Below, piece by piece: positions 1 through 11,195 of a stretch of DNA of 64,000 nt. The notes beneath the pieces were generated by a model. That model was not told the DNA's origin, made no database searches, and saw only the letters and a program-made list of their open reading frames with translations. Both the position numbers and the translations under genes were made by a program. This stretch comes from Alphaproteobacteria bacterium (GTDB lineage: Bacteria > Pseudomonadota > Alphaproteobacteria > Rickettsiales > UBA1997): contig JAGKWR010000002.1 of NCBI GenBank assembly GCA_021151765.1, positions 59,131-123,130 on the forward strand, read 5' to 3'. Every line of letters begins with the position of its first letter. The first letter of the stretch is position 1.

Positions 1-682
1 CAAGGATTGAATGCGGCTTGTCTTTTTCATCAAAATAAAGTTCGCAATAAGCGATATCGGAAATGATGTAAATTTGATGTTTTTTACAAAAATCGACGAT
101 TTCTTGATAGAACTCCAAGCCAACAATTTCAGTAGTCGGATTGCACGGATAATTCACAATAACTGCCAAAGGTTTTGGCTGATTATTAGCAACTTTTTCT
201 TCAACTAATTTTTTAAAATCGCGCAGAAAATCTTGTGATTTAATCACCGGCAAATGCACCACGTTACTTTTCGAAAGCGCGAAAGCAAAAGTATGAATTG
301 GATAAGCAGGTGACGGCACCACGAAATAATTGTCCGGACTAGAAATTGCGGTAGCCAAAGATGCGATACCTTCTTTAGCGCCAATTGTCACCAAAGCTTC
401 TGACTTAGAATCAAGATCAACATTGAAGCGGCGTTTGTAATAATCACAAACTGCGTCGCGCAAAATGTGAATTCCACCAGTCACTGAATAAGCAAATAAC
501 GAACCATCTTTTGACAATTCCGCCAAACGATCCATGACAAATTGTGGTGGCGGAGAATCTGGAGTTCCCATGCCAAAATCAATAATTTCAACGCCGTTGG
601 CCGCCGCTTCCATTTTCAAATGATACATCGCTGCGAAAATATAAGGCGGAAGATTCTCAGTAAGGTAAAACTTATTTTGCAT
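1..682 (-). CDS. PLP-dependent aminotransferase, class I/II (5' part; 3' end runs off the window)
   Basis: Absent from the ORF track because no stop lies inside the window. Hand translation from ATG 682..680 gives [48 protein letters not shown]...[18 protein letters not shown], IDxGxGxPD and NxPxNPT are typical fold-type I aminotransferase landmarks. The start overlaps the aspS stop by 11 nt. Confidence 0.7.
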   Translation of the reverse strand, partial: MQNKFYLTENLPPYIFAAMYHLKMEAAANGVEIIDFGMGTPDSPPPQFVMDRLAELSKDGSLFAYSVTGGIHILRDAVCDYYKRRFNVDLDSKSEALVTIGAKEGIASLATAISSPDNYFVVPSPAYPIHTFAFALSKSNVVHLPVIKSQDFLRDFKKLVEEKVANNQPKPLAVIVNYPCNPTTEIVGLEFYQEIVDFCKKHQIYIISDIAYCELYFDEKDKPHSIL

Positions 683-2456
683 TCGGATTTTTCTTTATGT
701 CGATATGAAGTTCACGAAGTTGTTTTTGGCTGACTTCCGCCGGAGCATTCATCATCAAATCTTGCGCTTTACCGTTCATCGGGAATGGAATTACTTCACG
801 AATGTTTGGTTCATCAGCCAACAACATGATAATACGATCAATCCCCGGAGCAATACCGCCGTGTGGTGGCGCGCCATATTTAAATGCGTTTAACATAGCG
901 CCGAATTTTTGTTCGACCACTTCGCGGCCATAACCAGCAAGCTCGAAAGCGCGATACATAATTTCTGGTTTGTGATTACGAATTGCGCCTGAAGATAATT
1001 CTACACCGTTACAAACGATGTCATATTGGAAAGCGTTAATTGTAAGCGGATCTTGCGAATTCAAGGCTTCCAAGCCACCTTGCGGCATTGAAAATGGATT
1101 GTGAGAAAATTCAACTTTGCCAGTTTCTTCATCAAGCTCGTACATTGGGAAATCAACGATCCAGCAGAATTTATAAACTGATTCATCAATCAAACCAAGG
1201 TCTTGACCAAGTTTAATACGAACTTGTCCGGCGATTTTTGCTGCTTCCGATTTTTTACCACACGAGAAAAACACGGCGTCACCATTTTGCAAACCAGCGA
1301 TTTGCTTCAATTCAGCCAATTTTTCCGCGGACAAGAATTTAGCGATCGGACCTTTTCCTTCACCATTTTCGTCGAAAATAATGTAAGCCAAACCTTTGGC
1401 GCCGTTGCCTTGAGCGAATTCGATCATTTTGTCAAAAAATGAACGCGGTTGCGCTGCACATTTCGGAGCTGGAATTGCACGAATCAAAGCACCTTGCTCA
1501 ATTTGCTTGGCAAAAATTGAAAAATCTGAGCCGCGGAAAATTTCAGTAGCATCAGAAATAATGATCGGGTTACGCAGATCTGGCTTGTCGATGCCGTATT
1601 TCAACATGGCATCTTCATATTTGATGTGAACGAATTTTTCGTCAGAAGTTGTTTTGCTGCCGAATTTTTTAAAGATCGTTTTCAAAACTGGCTCGATGGC
1701 ATTGAACACGTCTTCTTGCTCAACAAACGACATTTCCATGTCGAGTTGATAAAATTCTGGAGTACGATCAGCACGTAAATCTTCATCGCGGAAACACGGC
1801 GCAATTTGGAAATAACGGTTAAAACCAGAAACCATCAATAATTGTTTGAATTGTTGCGGAGCTTGCGGCAAAGCGTAAAATCTGCCCGGATGCAAACGCG
1901 CTGGCACCAAATAATCACGAGCACCTTCCGGACTTGATGCAGTCAAAATTGGTGTTTGAATTTCCAAGAAACCTTGTTTGGTCATTTCTTCACGAATCGC
2001 TGAAATAACTTGGCTTCTAAGTACAATATTTTTGTGAGTTTTTTCACGACGCAAATCAAGGAAGCGATATTTTAAACGTAATTCTTCTGGATATTCGTTT
2101 TGATCGTTGATTTGGAACGGGATTTGTTCGGCTAAAGATTCGATCTTCAAATCGTTAACTTTAACTTCAATTTCACCTGTCGAAATTTTCGGATTCACCG
2201 CTTCTGCAGCACGTGATACAACTTCGCCAACAATTGTGATTACTGATTCAAGTTTAATTGATGCAATTTGGTCTAGGTTTAGAGCTTGATTTTGCTGGTC
2301 AATTACTACTTGCGTCAAACCAAAATGATCGCGCAAATCGATAAAAATTAAACTACCGTGATCACGTTTTGAATGAACCCAACCTGAAAGTTTTACAGTC
2401 TGTCCAACGTTATTTTTGTTAAGCTCAGAACAATTGTGTGTGCGATATTTATGCAT
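672..2456 (-). CDS. aspS: aspartate--tRNA ligase
   Basis: 609-aa ORF 672..2501. [12 protein letters not shown]...[32 protein letters not shown] and [18 protein letters not shown] are class IIb AspRS motifs. Start placed at internal Met16 (2456) because alphaproteobacterial AspRS begins MH(K/R)YR. Confidence 0.95.
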   Translation of the reverse strand: MHKYRTHNCSELNKNNVGQTVKLSGWVHSKRDHGSLIFIDLRDHFGLTQVVIDQQNQALNLDQIASIKLESVITIVGEVVSRAAEAVNPKISTGEIEVKVNDLKIESLAEQIPFQINDQNEYPEELRLKYRFLDLRREKTHKNIVLRSQVISAIREEMTKQGFLEIQTPILTASSPEGARDYLVPARLHPGRFYALPQAPQQFKQLLMVSGFNRYFQIAPCFRDEDLRADRTPEFYQLDMEMSFVEQEDVFNAIEPVLKTIFKKFGSKTTSDEKFVHIKYEDAMLKYGIDKPDLRNPIIISDATEIFRGSDFSIFAKQIEQGALIRAIPAPKCAAQPRSFFDKMIEFAQGNGAKGLAYIIFDENGEGKGPIAKFLSAEKLAELKQIAGLQNGDAVFFSCGKKSEAAKIAGQVRIKLGQDLGLIDESVYKFCWIVDFPMYELDEETGKVEFSHNPFSMPQGGLEALNSQDPLTINAFQYDIVCNGVELSSGAIRNHKPEIMYRAFELAGYGREVVEQKFGAMLNAFKYGAPPHGGIAPGIDRIIMLLADEPNIREVIPFPMNGKAQDLMMNAPAEVSQKQLRELHIDIKKNPNAK

Positions 2457-2591
2457 AATTTCAAACAAAAAAAATCGGATGAGATTCATCCGACTAAACA
2501 ATAAAAATTCATCGCGAATGCACGAATTTACTTCGCGCGTAGCGATTCAACTTAAAATAAATTCAAAACAAAGTTTTGAATTTAACTGTAT

Positions 2592-2888
2592 TTAATAGGC
2601 ATCATACGAGTTAGTTCCGCCGTGGTGCATACGATTCGGACAAACGTTACATTTCGAAGTCTTTGCCAATAAAAGCTCTAGAGCACGCGGCTCTTTCAAA
2701 CAAATAAACCAAGCAATCATGTGATTGAAAGGCAATAAAATCAAAAGATAGAAGAATTTGTTTGTAATTACGAAAGCCAGCAAAGAAACCATACCATTCA
2801 ATGCTGCAAAAGTATAACTCACGCCGAGCAACATCGGAGGTCGAGTAAGACCCAAAAACAGGGGATCAGTACCGAGAGTTCCAGCCAT
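2592..2888 (-). CDS. virB3: type IV secretion system protein VirB3-like
   Basis: 98 aa. DPLFLGLTRPPMLLGV followed by two hydrophobic helices and a C-terminal GGTNSYDAY tail matches the VirB3/TrbD pattern recalled from memory (D.L..G.TRPAM.LGV ... W.GNSYSP). Confidence 0.65.
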   Translation of the reverse strand: MAGTLGTDPLFLGLTRPPMLLGVSYTFAALNGMVSLLAFVITNKFFYLLILLPFNHMIAWFICLKEPRALELLLAKTSKCNVCPNRMHHGGTNSYDAY

Positions 2889-3032
2889 AATTTTTCAGGA
2901 AATAAATTGACAAAGGACAGTGGCGTACATAAAACGCGCGGTCTTTAAAAAAGTCAACTCTAGTTTAGTGCTTAGCACATTGTGTCTACCACGCATAAAA
3001 AAATAATACGCGCACTAAAAACCAACAAATAA

Positions 3033-4244
<1,212 letters not shown>

Positions 4245-4252
4245 TAAACGAT

Positions 4253-4307
4253 TTAGTGGTAAGACATTTCAACTTACCACTAACCGCTTACCACTTACCA
4301 CTTTTTT
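4253..4307 (+). terminator. hairpin plus T-run after aatA, with three TTACCAC repeats
   Basis: TTAGTGGTAAG (4253-4263) pairs with CTTACCACTAA (4273-4283). Two further CTTACCAC copies follow, then TTTTTT directly before the coaX ATG. Confidence 0.6.
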
Positions 4308-5078
4308 ATGCTCTTAACCTTCGACATCGGAAACACAAATATCGTTATTGGCCTTTTTGACGGCAATAAATTGACGCACAAATGGCGTATGATTTCTGAC
4401 ACCAAAAAGTCTGCTGACGATTACGCCGTTGATTTGATTGAACTTTTTTTGACTGATAAAATTGATTGTTTGAAAGTTTCAGGATCAATTATCGCTTCGG
4501 TTGTACCAGCTTTGACTTCTAAAATTTTCGATGCCTTAAAAAAATTTACTAACGAACAAATTTTCATCGTTGGCGATAAAAACGTAAAGCTAGACATCGA
4601 AATTCTAGTCCAAAATAAAAATGAAGTTGGCGATGATCGCTTAATCAATTCAATTGCCGCACGTCAAAAATTTGGCAACTCATTGATCGTTATTGATTTT
4701 GGCACTGCGACAACTTTTGATGTAGTCAGCCAAAACGGTGAATATCTTGGCGGCGTTATTGCGCCAGGTATCAATTTGTCGTTGAAAGCGTTGCACGATA
4801 TGACCGCAAAATTGCCTAAAATTACTGTACGTTCTCAAAAAAATGTCATCGGTAAAAATACTATTGAAGCAATGAATTCAGGTGTTTATTTCGGTTATAT
4901 CTCTTTAATCGAAGGTTTGATCGAAAGAATCGAGAATGAATTAGGCTACAAAACCACCAGAATTATTACCGGAGGATTATCAGAAATTTTTAAAGAAGCC
5001 TTGAAAACTCAAGTGCAACATCATGAGCCAGACTTAACGCTCGATGGCTTGAGAATGATTTATGAAAATAACAAATAA
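4308..5078 (+). CDS. coaX: type III pantothenate kinase
   Basis: 256 aa. N-terminal LLTFDIGNTN and IDFGTATTFD ASKHA-fold motifs. Confidence 0.9.
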   Translation: MLLTFDIGNTNIVIGLFDGNKLTHKWRMISDTKKSADDYAVDLIELFLTDKIDCLKVSGSIIASVVPALTSKIFDALKKFTNEQIFIVGDKNVKLDIEILVQNKNEVGDDRLINSIAARQKFGNSLIVIDFGTATTFDVVSQNGEYLGGVIAPGINLSLKALHDMTAKLPKITVRSQKNVIGKNTIEAMNSGVYFGYISLIEGLIERIENELGYKTTRIITGGLSEIFKEALKTQVQHHEPDLTLDGLRMIYENNK

Positions 5079-5091
5079 AAACTAATCTTTT

Positions 5092-5177
5092 TCTGTCATC
5101 CCAAACGTTAGCGAATCTCTCAATTTTAGTTCAATCATAAACTAATTAGATCCTTCGCTTACGCTTGGGATGACAGA
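5092..5177. repeat. RPE-like palindromic element (MITE-like), copy A
   Basis: Terminal inverted repeats TCTGTCATCCCAAACGTTAGCGAA (5092-5115) and TTCGCTTACGCTTGGGATGACAGA (5154-5177) match at 22 of 24 positions. The GTCATCC...GGATGAC ends resemble Rickettsia palindromic elements (from memory). Confidence 0.7.
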
Positions 5178-5195
5178 CATAATAAAATAAAAAAA

Positions 5196-6935
5196 ATGGA
5201 ACTTAATCTTAAAAAACACTTCTCAGATTTAATTTTTCTGCCTCTTGGCGGTGCCAACGAAATCGGGATGAACCTTAACGTTTATCATCTTGACGGCAAA
5301 CTCTTAATCGTTGATTGCGGCGTGGGCTTCGCTTCCGACGTGCCAGGAATCGACATGATGACACCAGATATTTCTTTTTTGAAAGCTAACAAAAAAAATA
5401 TTTTAGGAATTATCGTCACTCATATTCACGAAGATCATCTTGGTTCAATTCAATATTTATGGCGCGACTTGGAAGTTCCGGTCTACGCTTCCAACTTGGC
5501 AGCCAACTTTTTGCGCACCAAACTCGAAGAATTCAAACTCGATAAACAAGTTCCAATTCGTTTAATCGATTCCAGCAAAGATTTACAAATCGGACCTTTC
5601 AGCATTGAATTTCTTGGCTTGACGCACTCAGTTCCTGAGATGAAAGCTTTGATCATCAAAACTCCGAAAGGCAATATTTTACATACTGGCGACTGGAAAT
5701 TTGATCCAAATCCAGTTATTGGCGAAGTTTCTGAAAAAGAAAAAATCCGCGAATGGGGCGATCAAGGAAAATTTTTAGCCGTAATTTGTGACTCAACCAA
5801 CGCTATTTCTGAAGGCCATTCCAGATCAGAAGGCGATTTGCATAAATCTTTGAAATATCTAATCGAAGGCCGCAAAGGTATTGTCGGTGTTACAACTTTC
5901 GCTTCCAACATTGCGCGAATTTACACTATCGCATCAATTGCCAAAGAAGTTGGCCGTAAAGTTGTATTGGCTGGCTTTTCGCTACACCGCATCTACGAAG
6001 TTGCTAAAAAAAGTGGCTACGATTTTTCTGGCTTCGATTTTATTTCTGATCGCGAAATCAAATTCCACGATAAAAAAGATTTGTTGGTAATCTGTACCGG
6101 CTGCCAAGGTGAACCTAACGCCGCTGCCAGAAAAATTGCCACTGATCATCATCCTACAATTCGCTTTACGATTGGCGATTTAATGATTTTTTCGTCAAAA
6201 ATTATTCCCGGTAATGAGAAAAAAATCTTCTCATTATTTGACGCCTTTGCCAAAAAACAAATCGATGTGATGACTGAAAAAGATCACTTCGTTCACGTTT
6301 CTGGACATCCTTCGCAAGACGAGTTGAAAGAAATGTACGCCCTGGCCCGTCCTAAATTGGCAATTCCAGTTCATGGTGAATTTTTACACACCAAAGCTCA
6401 CGCTGAGTTGGCTCGCGAATGCGGCGTTCCTCGTACAATTCAAATTGAAAATGGTTTGGCCGTGAAATTGCAGGAAGAAAATTTCCAAAGCGAATGTGGC
6501 ATTGTCGGCATGGTAAAACACGGCTATTTCGGCGTTGATGGCAAACAACTCTTGGATTTAAACGGCGAAGTTATTCGCGAACGTCGTAAACTTCAAAGCG
6601 GCGGAATTGTTACTATTTCTTTAGCTTTGAATGATTCATTAGAAATGGCTTCGCGCCCAAGAATTCAGTGTATTGGTTCTTATGATTTAAAATCTGATCG
6701 CGATTCTGAAAAATTTATCCAAGAAGAAATTCAGTTTTTCCTCAAAAATAAAGCTAAAGAATTGGGCTTAAACAAAGTCTCTAAAGGCTTGTCGTTCTTG
6801 AAAAAAACCAAGAAAAAGAAAAGTTCAATTAACGCTGCCGAAATCGAAAAATCATTACGCGGTAAAATGCTAAAAATTTTCGAAGATTTGATGGGAAAAC
6901 GACCAGCTTTAGAGGTGACAGTCCACTTAATTTAA
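5196..6935 (+). CDS. rnj: ribonuclease J (metallo-beta-lactamase / beta-CASP)
   Basis: 579 aa. HIHEDHLG (HxHxDH) and the downstream beta-CASP pattern (DSTNA ... HVSGHPSQDEL). Confidence 0.85.
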   Translation: MELNLKKHFSDLIFLPLGGANEIGMNLNVYHLDGKLLIVDCGVGFASDVPGIDMMTPDISFLKANKKNILGIIVTHIHEDHLGSIQYLWRDLEVPVYASNLAANFLRTKLEEFKLDKQVPIRLIDSSKDLQIGPFSIEFLGLTHSVPEMKALIIKTPKGNILHTGDWKFDPNPVIGEVSEKEKIREWGDQGKFLAVICDSTNAISEGHSRSEGDLHKSLKYLIEGRKGIVGVTTFASNIARIYTIASIAKEVGRKVVLAGFSLHRIYEVAKKSGYDFSGFDFISDREIKFHDKKDLLVICTGCQGEPNAAARKIATDHHPTIRFTIGDLMIFSSKIIPGNEKKIFSLFDAFAKKQIDVMTEKDHFVHVSGHPSQDELKEMYALARPKLAIPVHGEFLHTKAHAELARECGVPRTIQIENGLAVKLQEENFQSECGIVGMVKHGYFGVDGKQLLDLNGEVIRERRKLQSGGIVTISLALNDSLEMASRPRIQCIGSYDLKSDRDSEKFIQEEIQFFLKNKAKELGLNKVSKGLSFLKKTKKKKSSINAAEIEKSLRGKMLKIFEDLMGKRPALEVTVHLI

Positions 6936-6946
6936 AAAATAAATTC

Positions 6947-7013
6947 CTGTCATCCTAAGCGTAGCGCAGGATCTCGTTAGATAAAATATCGGATCTCTTA
7001 CGCCGGATGACAA
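6947..7013. repeat. RPE-like palindromic element, copy B (degenerate)
   Basis: Left arm CTGTCATCCTAAGCGTAGCGCAGGATC and right arm GGATCTCTTACGCCGGATGACAA. The left arm aligns with copy A (CTGTCATCC.AA.CGT.AGCG...ATCTC) in the same orientation. It ends 14 nt before the ATG of the alaS C fragment. Confidence 0.6.
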
Positions 7014-7026
7014 ACTCGTAAAAACT

Positions 7027-8838
7027 ATGAAAGCCGAACTCAAAATTATTGCCGATCACTTACGTTCCACTTCTTTCTTGGTTGCCGACGGCGTGTTGCC
7101 AAGCAACGAAGGTCGTGGTTATGTTTTGCGTCGTATCATGCGCCGCGCCATGCGCCAACTTCACAAACTTGGTGCTAAAGAAGCTAAAATGTACAAATTG
7201 GTTGATGCTTTAATCAACGAAATGGGCGCAGCTTATCCGGAATTATCACGTGCTAAAGCTGTCATCATCGAAACTCTGAAAAACGAAGAGGAAAAATTCC
7301 GCGAGACTTTGGAAAAAGGTTTGAAAATTTTGGAAGAGGAAATTGCCAAAACTAACTCTGCTAAATTTTCCGGCGAAACCGCTTTCAAACTTTACGATAC
7401 TTACGGCTTCCCGCTTGACTTGACGCAAGATATTTTGAAAGAAAGAAATCTCGAAGTTGATATCGAAACTTTCAATCGCGAAATGGAAAATCAACGCGAA
7501 AGAGCTCGTAAAAACTGGGCTGGTTCTGGTGAAATGGCCGAAGAAAAAATCTTTTTCGACTTAAAAGAACAATTCGGCGCGACGCAATTTTTGGGCTATG
7601 AAACTTTAAGCGCCAAGGCGAAAGTTTTAGCAGTTTATCCCAATTTTATTGTGCTTGACCAAACGCCATTTTACGCCACTTCTGGCGGTCAAAAAGGTGA
7701 CGACGGCAAAATTGGCAACATCGAAATTTCTGAAACCAAAAAATTCGCTGGCGGATTATTCGCGCATTTTTTTGCTAACCAAAACTGCACTTTAAAAGTT
7801 GGCGATGAAGTTATCGCCGAAGTAAATTTTAAAACGCGCCAAGCTCGTGCTTGCAACCACTCAGCAACGCATTTAATGCACAAAGCTTTGAAAGAAGTTT
7901 TGGGAAATTCAATTTCGCAAAAAGGTTCTAACGTTGACTCTGATTACTTCACTTTCGACTTCAATTTCAATCGCGCCATGACGCCGCAAGAAATCGAAAA
8001 AGTCGAAGAAATGGTGAATACTCAAATCAAAAATTCCGCTTCTGTAAACACTAAATTAATGGGCTTGGAAGATGCGCGTAACAGCGGCGCTGAAGCTTTG
8101 TTTGGTGAAAAATACGACTCAGAAGTTCGCGTTGTAGCAATGGGAAATTCGATTGAACTTTGCGGTGGAACTCACGTTAAAAATACTGCAGATATCGAAA
8201 TTTTTAAAATTATTTCAGAAAAATCTGTCGCTTCCGGAATCAGAAGAATCGAGGCTGTAAGTGGATTTTCCGCTCAAGAATTTTTACGTCAGCAACAAGC
8301 AAAAGCGCAAAATCAAATCGCTGAATTAAAAGAAAAAATCGCCCAAAAAGATGCTGAAATTGCTTCTTTGAAAAATGCTGCGGTTGAAGAAAATCCAAGC
8401 TATTTGCTGGAAAATGACAGCAAAGTTTTGGAAGAAATTTTGAAGAAGAAAGACAAAGAAATCGAGAATCTCAAAAAGAATGCTGCTTTGGCAGAAATAC
8501 AAAATTTAAAATCGGAAAAAATTGCCGATAAAAATTTCGCGCATCACATTTTCAATAATGTTGATGGCAAAATTTTCCGCGACATTGCTACTGAAATTAA
8601 AAACAAAGCTGAGTTCAAAGATAATAGCGTGATTGTTTTATTTAACTGCGTTGCCGATTCTGCAACCGCAACAATTATCGTTTCAGCCAATATCACAACG
8701 CAAGTTAATGGTAATAATTTGTTGAAATTAATCGGCGGCAAAGGTGGTGGCAAAGCTGATTTTGTAACTGGTGGCGGCATTATTTCATCTCAAATTGCGA
8801 CCGCAATTTCTGCAATTAAAGAAAATTTAAATTCCTAA
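7027..8838 (+). CDS. alaS: alanine--tRNA ligase, C-terminal fragment (tRNA-recognition, editing and C-Ala domains; split gene)
   Basis: 603 aa. [41 protein letters not shown] aligns with E. coli AlaRS ...[38 protein letters not shown] (about residue 270 onward). Editing-site motifs HSATHLMH and CGGTH and a C-terminal [10 protein letters not shown] are present. No catalytic core is found in this ORF or upstream of it. Confidence 0.9.
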   Translation: [603 protein letters not shown]

Positions 8839-8840
8839 AA

Positions 8841-10184
8841 ATGACTCGTAAATATTTCGGAACCGACGGTATTCGCGGCACAGCAAATAAATTTCCGATG
8901 ACTGCGGAAATCGCTTTAAAAGTTGGCATGGCCATCGGCGCTAAATTTATTGACGGCGACCATCGCCATCGCGTTGTTATCGGCAAAGATACTCGCCTTT
9001 CAGGATATGTTATTGAACCAGCATTAACCGCCGGATTGGCAGCCGTTGGCATGGATGTGTTTTTGGTCGGCCCTGTGCCAACTCCGGCCGTTTCGATGTT
9101 GACGCGATCAATTCGTGCTGATATCGGCATTATGATTTCAGCATCACACAATCCTTATCACGATAATGGCATCAAAATTTTCACACGTGACGGCCACAAA
9201 CTTAGCGATAAATTGGAACGTGAAATTGAAGATTTGATTGAAGGCGACATCACTCCGCATTTGGCAAAATCTGAAAAATTCGGACGTGTAACTCGCCTTG
9301 ATGATGCTTCTAATCGTTACATCGAGTTCGTTAAAAATTCTTTCCCGAAAGATAAAAATTTGACTGGCATGAAAATTGTCGTCGATTGCGCCAACGGTGC
9401 GGCGTATAAAATTGCTCCGAAAATATTTTGGGAACTTGGCGCCGACGTAATTGACATCGGAACTGAACCCAACGGTTTCAACATTAACGAAAAATGCGGT
9501 TCAACTCATCCGGAAGCTTTATGTCAAAAAGTTATCGAAACTAAAGCTGATATTGGCATTGCTTTGGATGGTGACGCTGATCGTTTGTTGATCGTTGATG
9601 AAAAAGGTCAAGCTATTGATGGTGATCGCTTGATCGCTTTGATTGCCGAAAAATTACACAATGACGGCGCTTTGAAACGCGATACTGTTGTTGTAACTCA
9701 AATGTCCAACTTGGCGCTGGAAAATTATTTAAGTTATATTGGCGTTACGACAATTCGCTCGCAAGTTGGCGATCGTTACGTTTTGGAAGAAATGAAAAAG
9801 AATGGCTGCAACTTTGGCGGCGAACAATCCGGCCATATTGTGTTGTCTGATTACTCAACAACCGGCGATGGTTTGATTGCCGCCTTGCAAGTTTTATCCG
9901 TAATTTGTGACGCAAAAAAACCAGCAAGCGAAGTTTTAAACCTATTCCAGCCTTTCCCGCAATTGTTGAAAAATACTAAGTTTGAAGCTGGTAAAGCTAA
10001 TCCTTTAGAACAGAAATCGGTTCAAGATTTCATTAAATCAAAAGAACAAGAACTAGCGGAAAATGGTAGAATCTTGGTGCGTAAATCAGGAACCGAAAAC
10101 CTAATTCGCGTGATGGTTGAAGGCAAAGATCAACAACAAATCGAAAGAATCGCTGATGAAATTATCGCGGTAGTTAATTCTTAA
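8841..10184 (+). CDS. glmM: phosphoglucosamine mutase
   Basis: 447 aa. YFGTDGIRG, SASHNPYHDNGIK and LDGDADR. Confidence 0.95.
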   Translation: MTRKYFGTDGIRGTANKFPMTAEIALKVGMAIGAKFIDGDHRHRVVIGKDTRLSGYVIEPALTAGLAAVGMDVFLVGPVPTPAVSMLTRSIRADIGIMISASHNPYHDNGIKIFTRDGHKLSDKLEREIEDLIEGDITPHLAKSEKFGRVTRLDDASNRYIEFVKNSFPKDKNLTGMKIVVDCANGAAYKIAPKIFWELGADVIDIGTEPNGFNINEKCGSTHPEALCQKVIETKADIGIALDGDADRLLIVDEKGQAIDGDRLIALIAEKLHNDGALKRDTVVVTQMSNLALENYLSYIGVTTIRSQVGDRYVLEEMKKNGCNFGGEQSGHIVLSDYSTTGDGLIAALQVLSVICDAKKPASEVLNLFQPFPQLLKNTKFEAGKANPLEQKSVQDFIKSKEQELAENGRILVRKSGTENLIRVMVEGKDQQQIERIADEIIAVVNS

Positions 10185-10226
10185 ATAAGCCCTTTTCTTT
10201 ATTAATTAACCAAACCTCCAGACAAC

Positions 10227-10266
10227 AAAAAAGCCGAGCCAGTTTAAAACTGACTCGGCTTTTTTA
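10227..10266. terminator. bidirectional rho-independent terminator
   Basis: AAAAAAGCCGAGCCAGT-TTAAA-ACTGACTCGGCTTTTTT lies between convergent glmM and the pilin-like gene. Confidence 0.75.
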
Positions 10267-10285
10267 ATTCAAAATCTAATACTAA

Positions 10286-11185
10286 TTATGATTGAATTAC
10301 GTTAATCGCATATTTTTTAGACAAATATTTTTCAATTTCTTGACGGTCTGATTTTTTCAAGACGTTATCGAAAACAATAACTTCCATAATTTCGCCTTTT
10401 AAGCCTTGACCAACTCCATCAATTGCACCAACTGAAATTTTTGCTGTTGGAGAAACCCAAGCACTGCTAGCTACTGTTTTACTTCCTGTAGAACCATTCA
10501 TATCAGCCACTCCATTAATATAGCTGAAAACTTCTGGATTAGCCACCAATTGTCCATCAACTGAACTTGGATCAATTGTTAAGCAAATGATGCTAGCACT
10601 TCCTGCGTTTGCAACAATCTTAGCAGAACCAGTTACAGATCCAGCAACACCGTATACTAACACAACATTTCCATTTTCGTTAATTTGTACACCAAATCCA
10701 TCTTGTTCTTGTGTACCGTTATAGAAGATTGTATTTGATTGACTAAGGTCAGTAGTTCTTACAACAAAGAACATAGTGTAAGAGTTAAAAGCAGAATCAA
10801 TAACTCTCGTTCCATTAAAATGTCCAGAATCTGTTGAAACACCAGGAAGTGAATTAGTAGAGGTTGAAGCTACATATTTTGGAGAATCAGACCCGACAAA
10901 GCCATTAGTAATTGAAAGCTGAGGATTTAAATCATTCCAAACTGATAAAACTGATTTATCAGTAGCTTCAGAACTTTTAAAACTACCTTCCATACTAGTT
11001 TCTAACCAAAGGGATAAACCTTTAATACTGTTTACTGGAGAACTTTGAGTCAGAGTTTTAGCAGTAGTGATCTTAGACTGTCTTACAAGACGACTAGCTT
11101 GAGTAACACCGGCAATTAGCACCCCGATAATAAGGATAACAATCGATAGCTCAATCAAAGAAAATGCACTGAGGTTTTTTTTCAT
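10286..11185 (-). CDS. prepilin-type N-terminal signal + LamG (Laminin_G_3-like) domain protein
   Basis: 299 aa. MKKNLSA|FSLIELSIVILIIGVLIAG is a class III signal with Glu at +5 but Ala instead of Gly at -1. LWLETS...SVWNDL near the start and GEIMEVIVFDNVLKKSDRQEIEKYLSKKYAI at the end fit the LamG_3 pattern recalled from memory. Paralog of 38626..40575. Confidence 0.7.
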   Translation of the reverse strand: MKKNLSAFSLIELSIVILIIGVLIAGVTQASRLVRQSKITTAKTLTQSSPVNSIKGLSLWLETSMEGSFKSSEATDKSVLSVWNDLNPQLSITNGFVGSDSPKYVASTSTNSLPGVSTDSGHFNGTRVIDSAFNSYTMFFVVRTTDLSQSNTIFYNGTQEQDGFGVQINENGNVVLVYGVAGSVTGSAKIVANAGSASIICLTIDPSSVDGQLVANPEVFSYINGVADMNGSTGSKTVASSAWVSPTAKISVGAIDGVGQGLKGEIMEVIVFDNVLKKSDRQEIEKYLSKKYAINVIQS

Positions 11186-11195
11186 AATAAAATTT

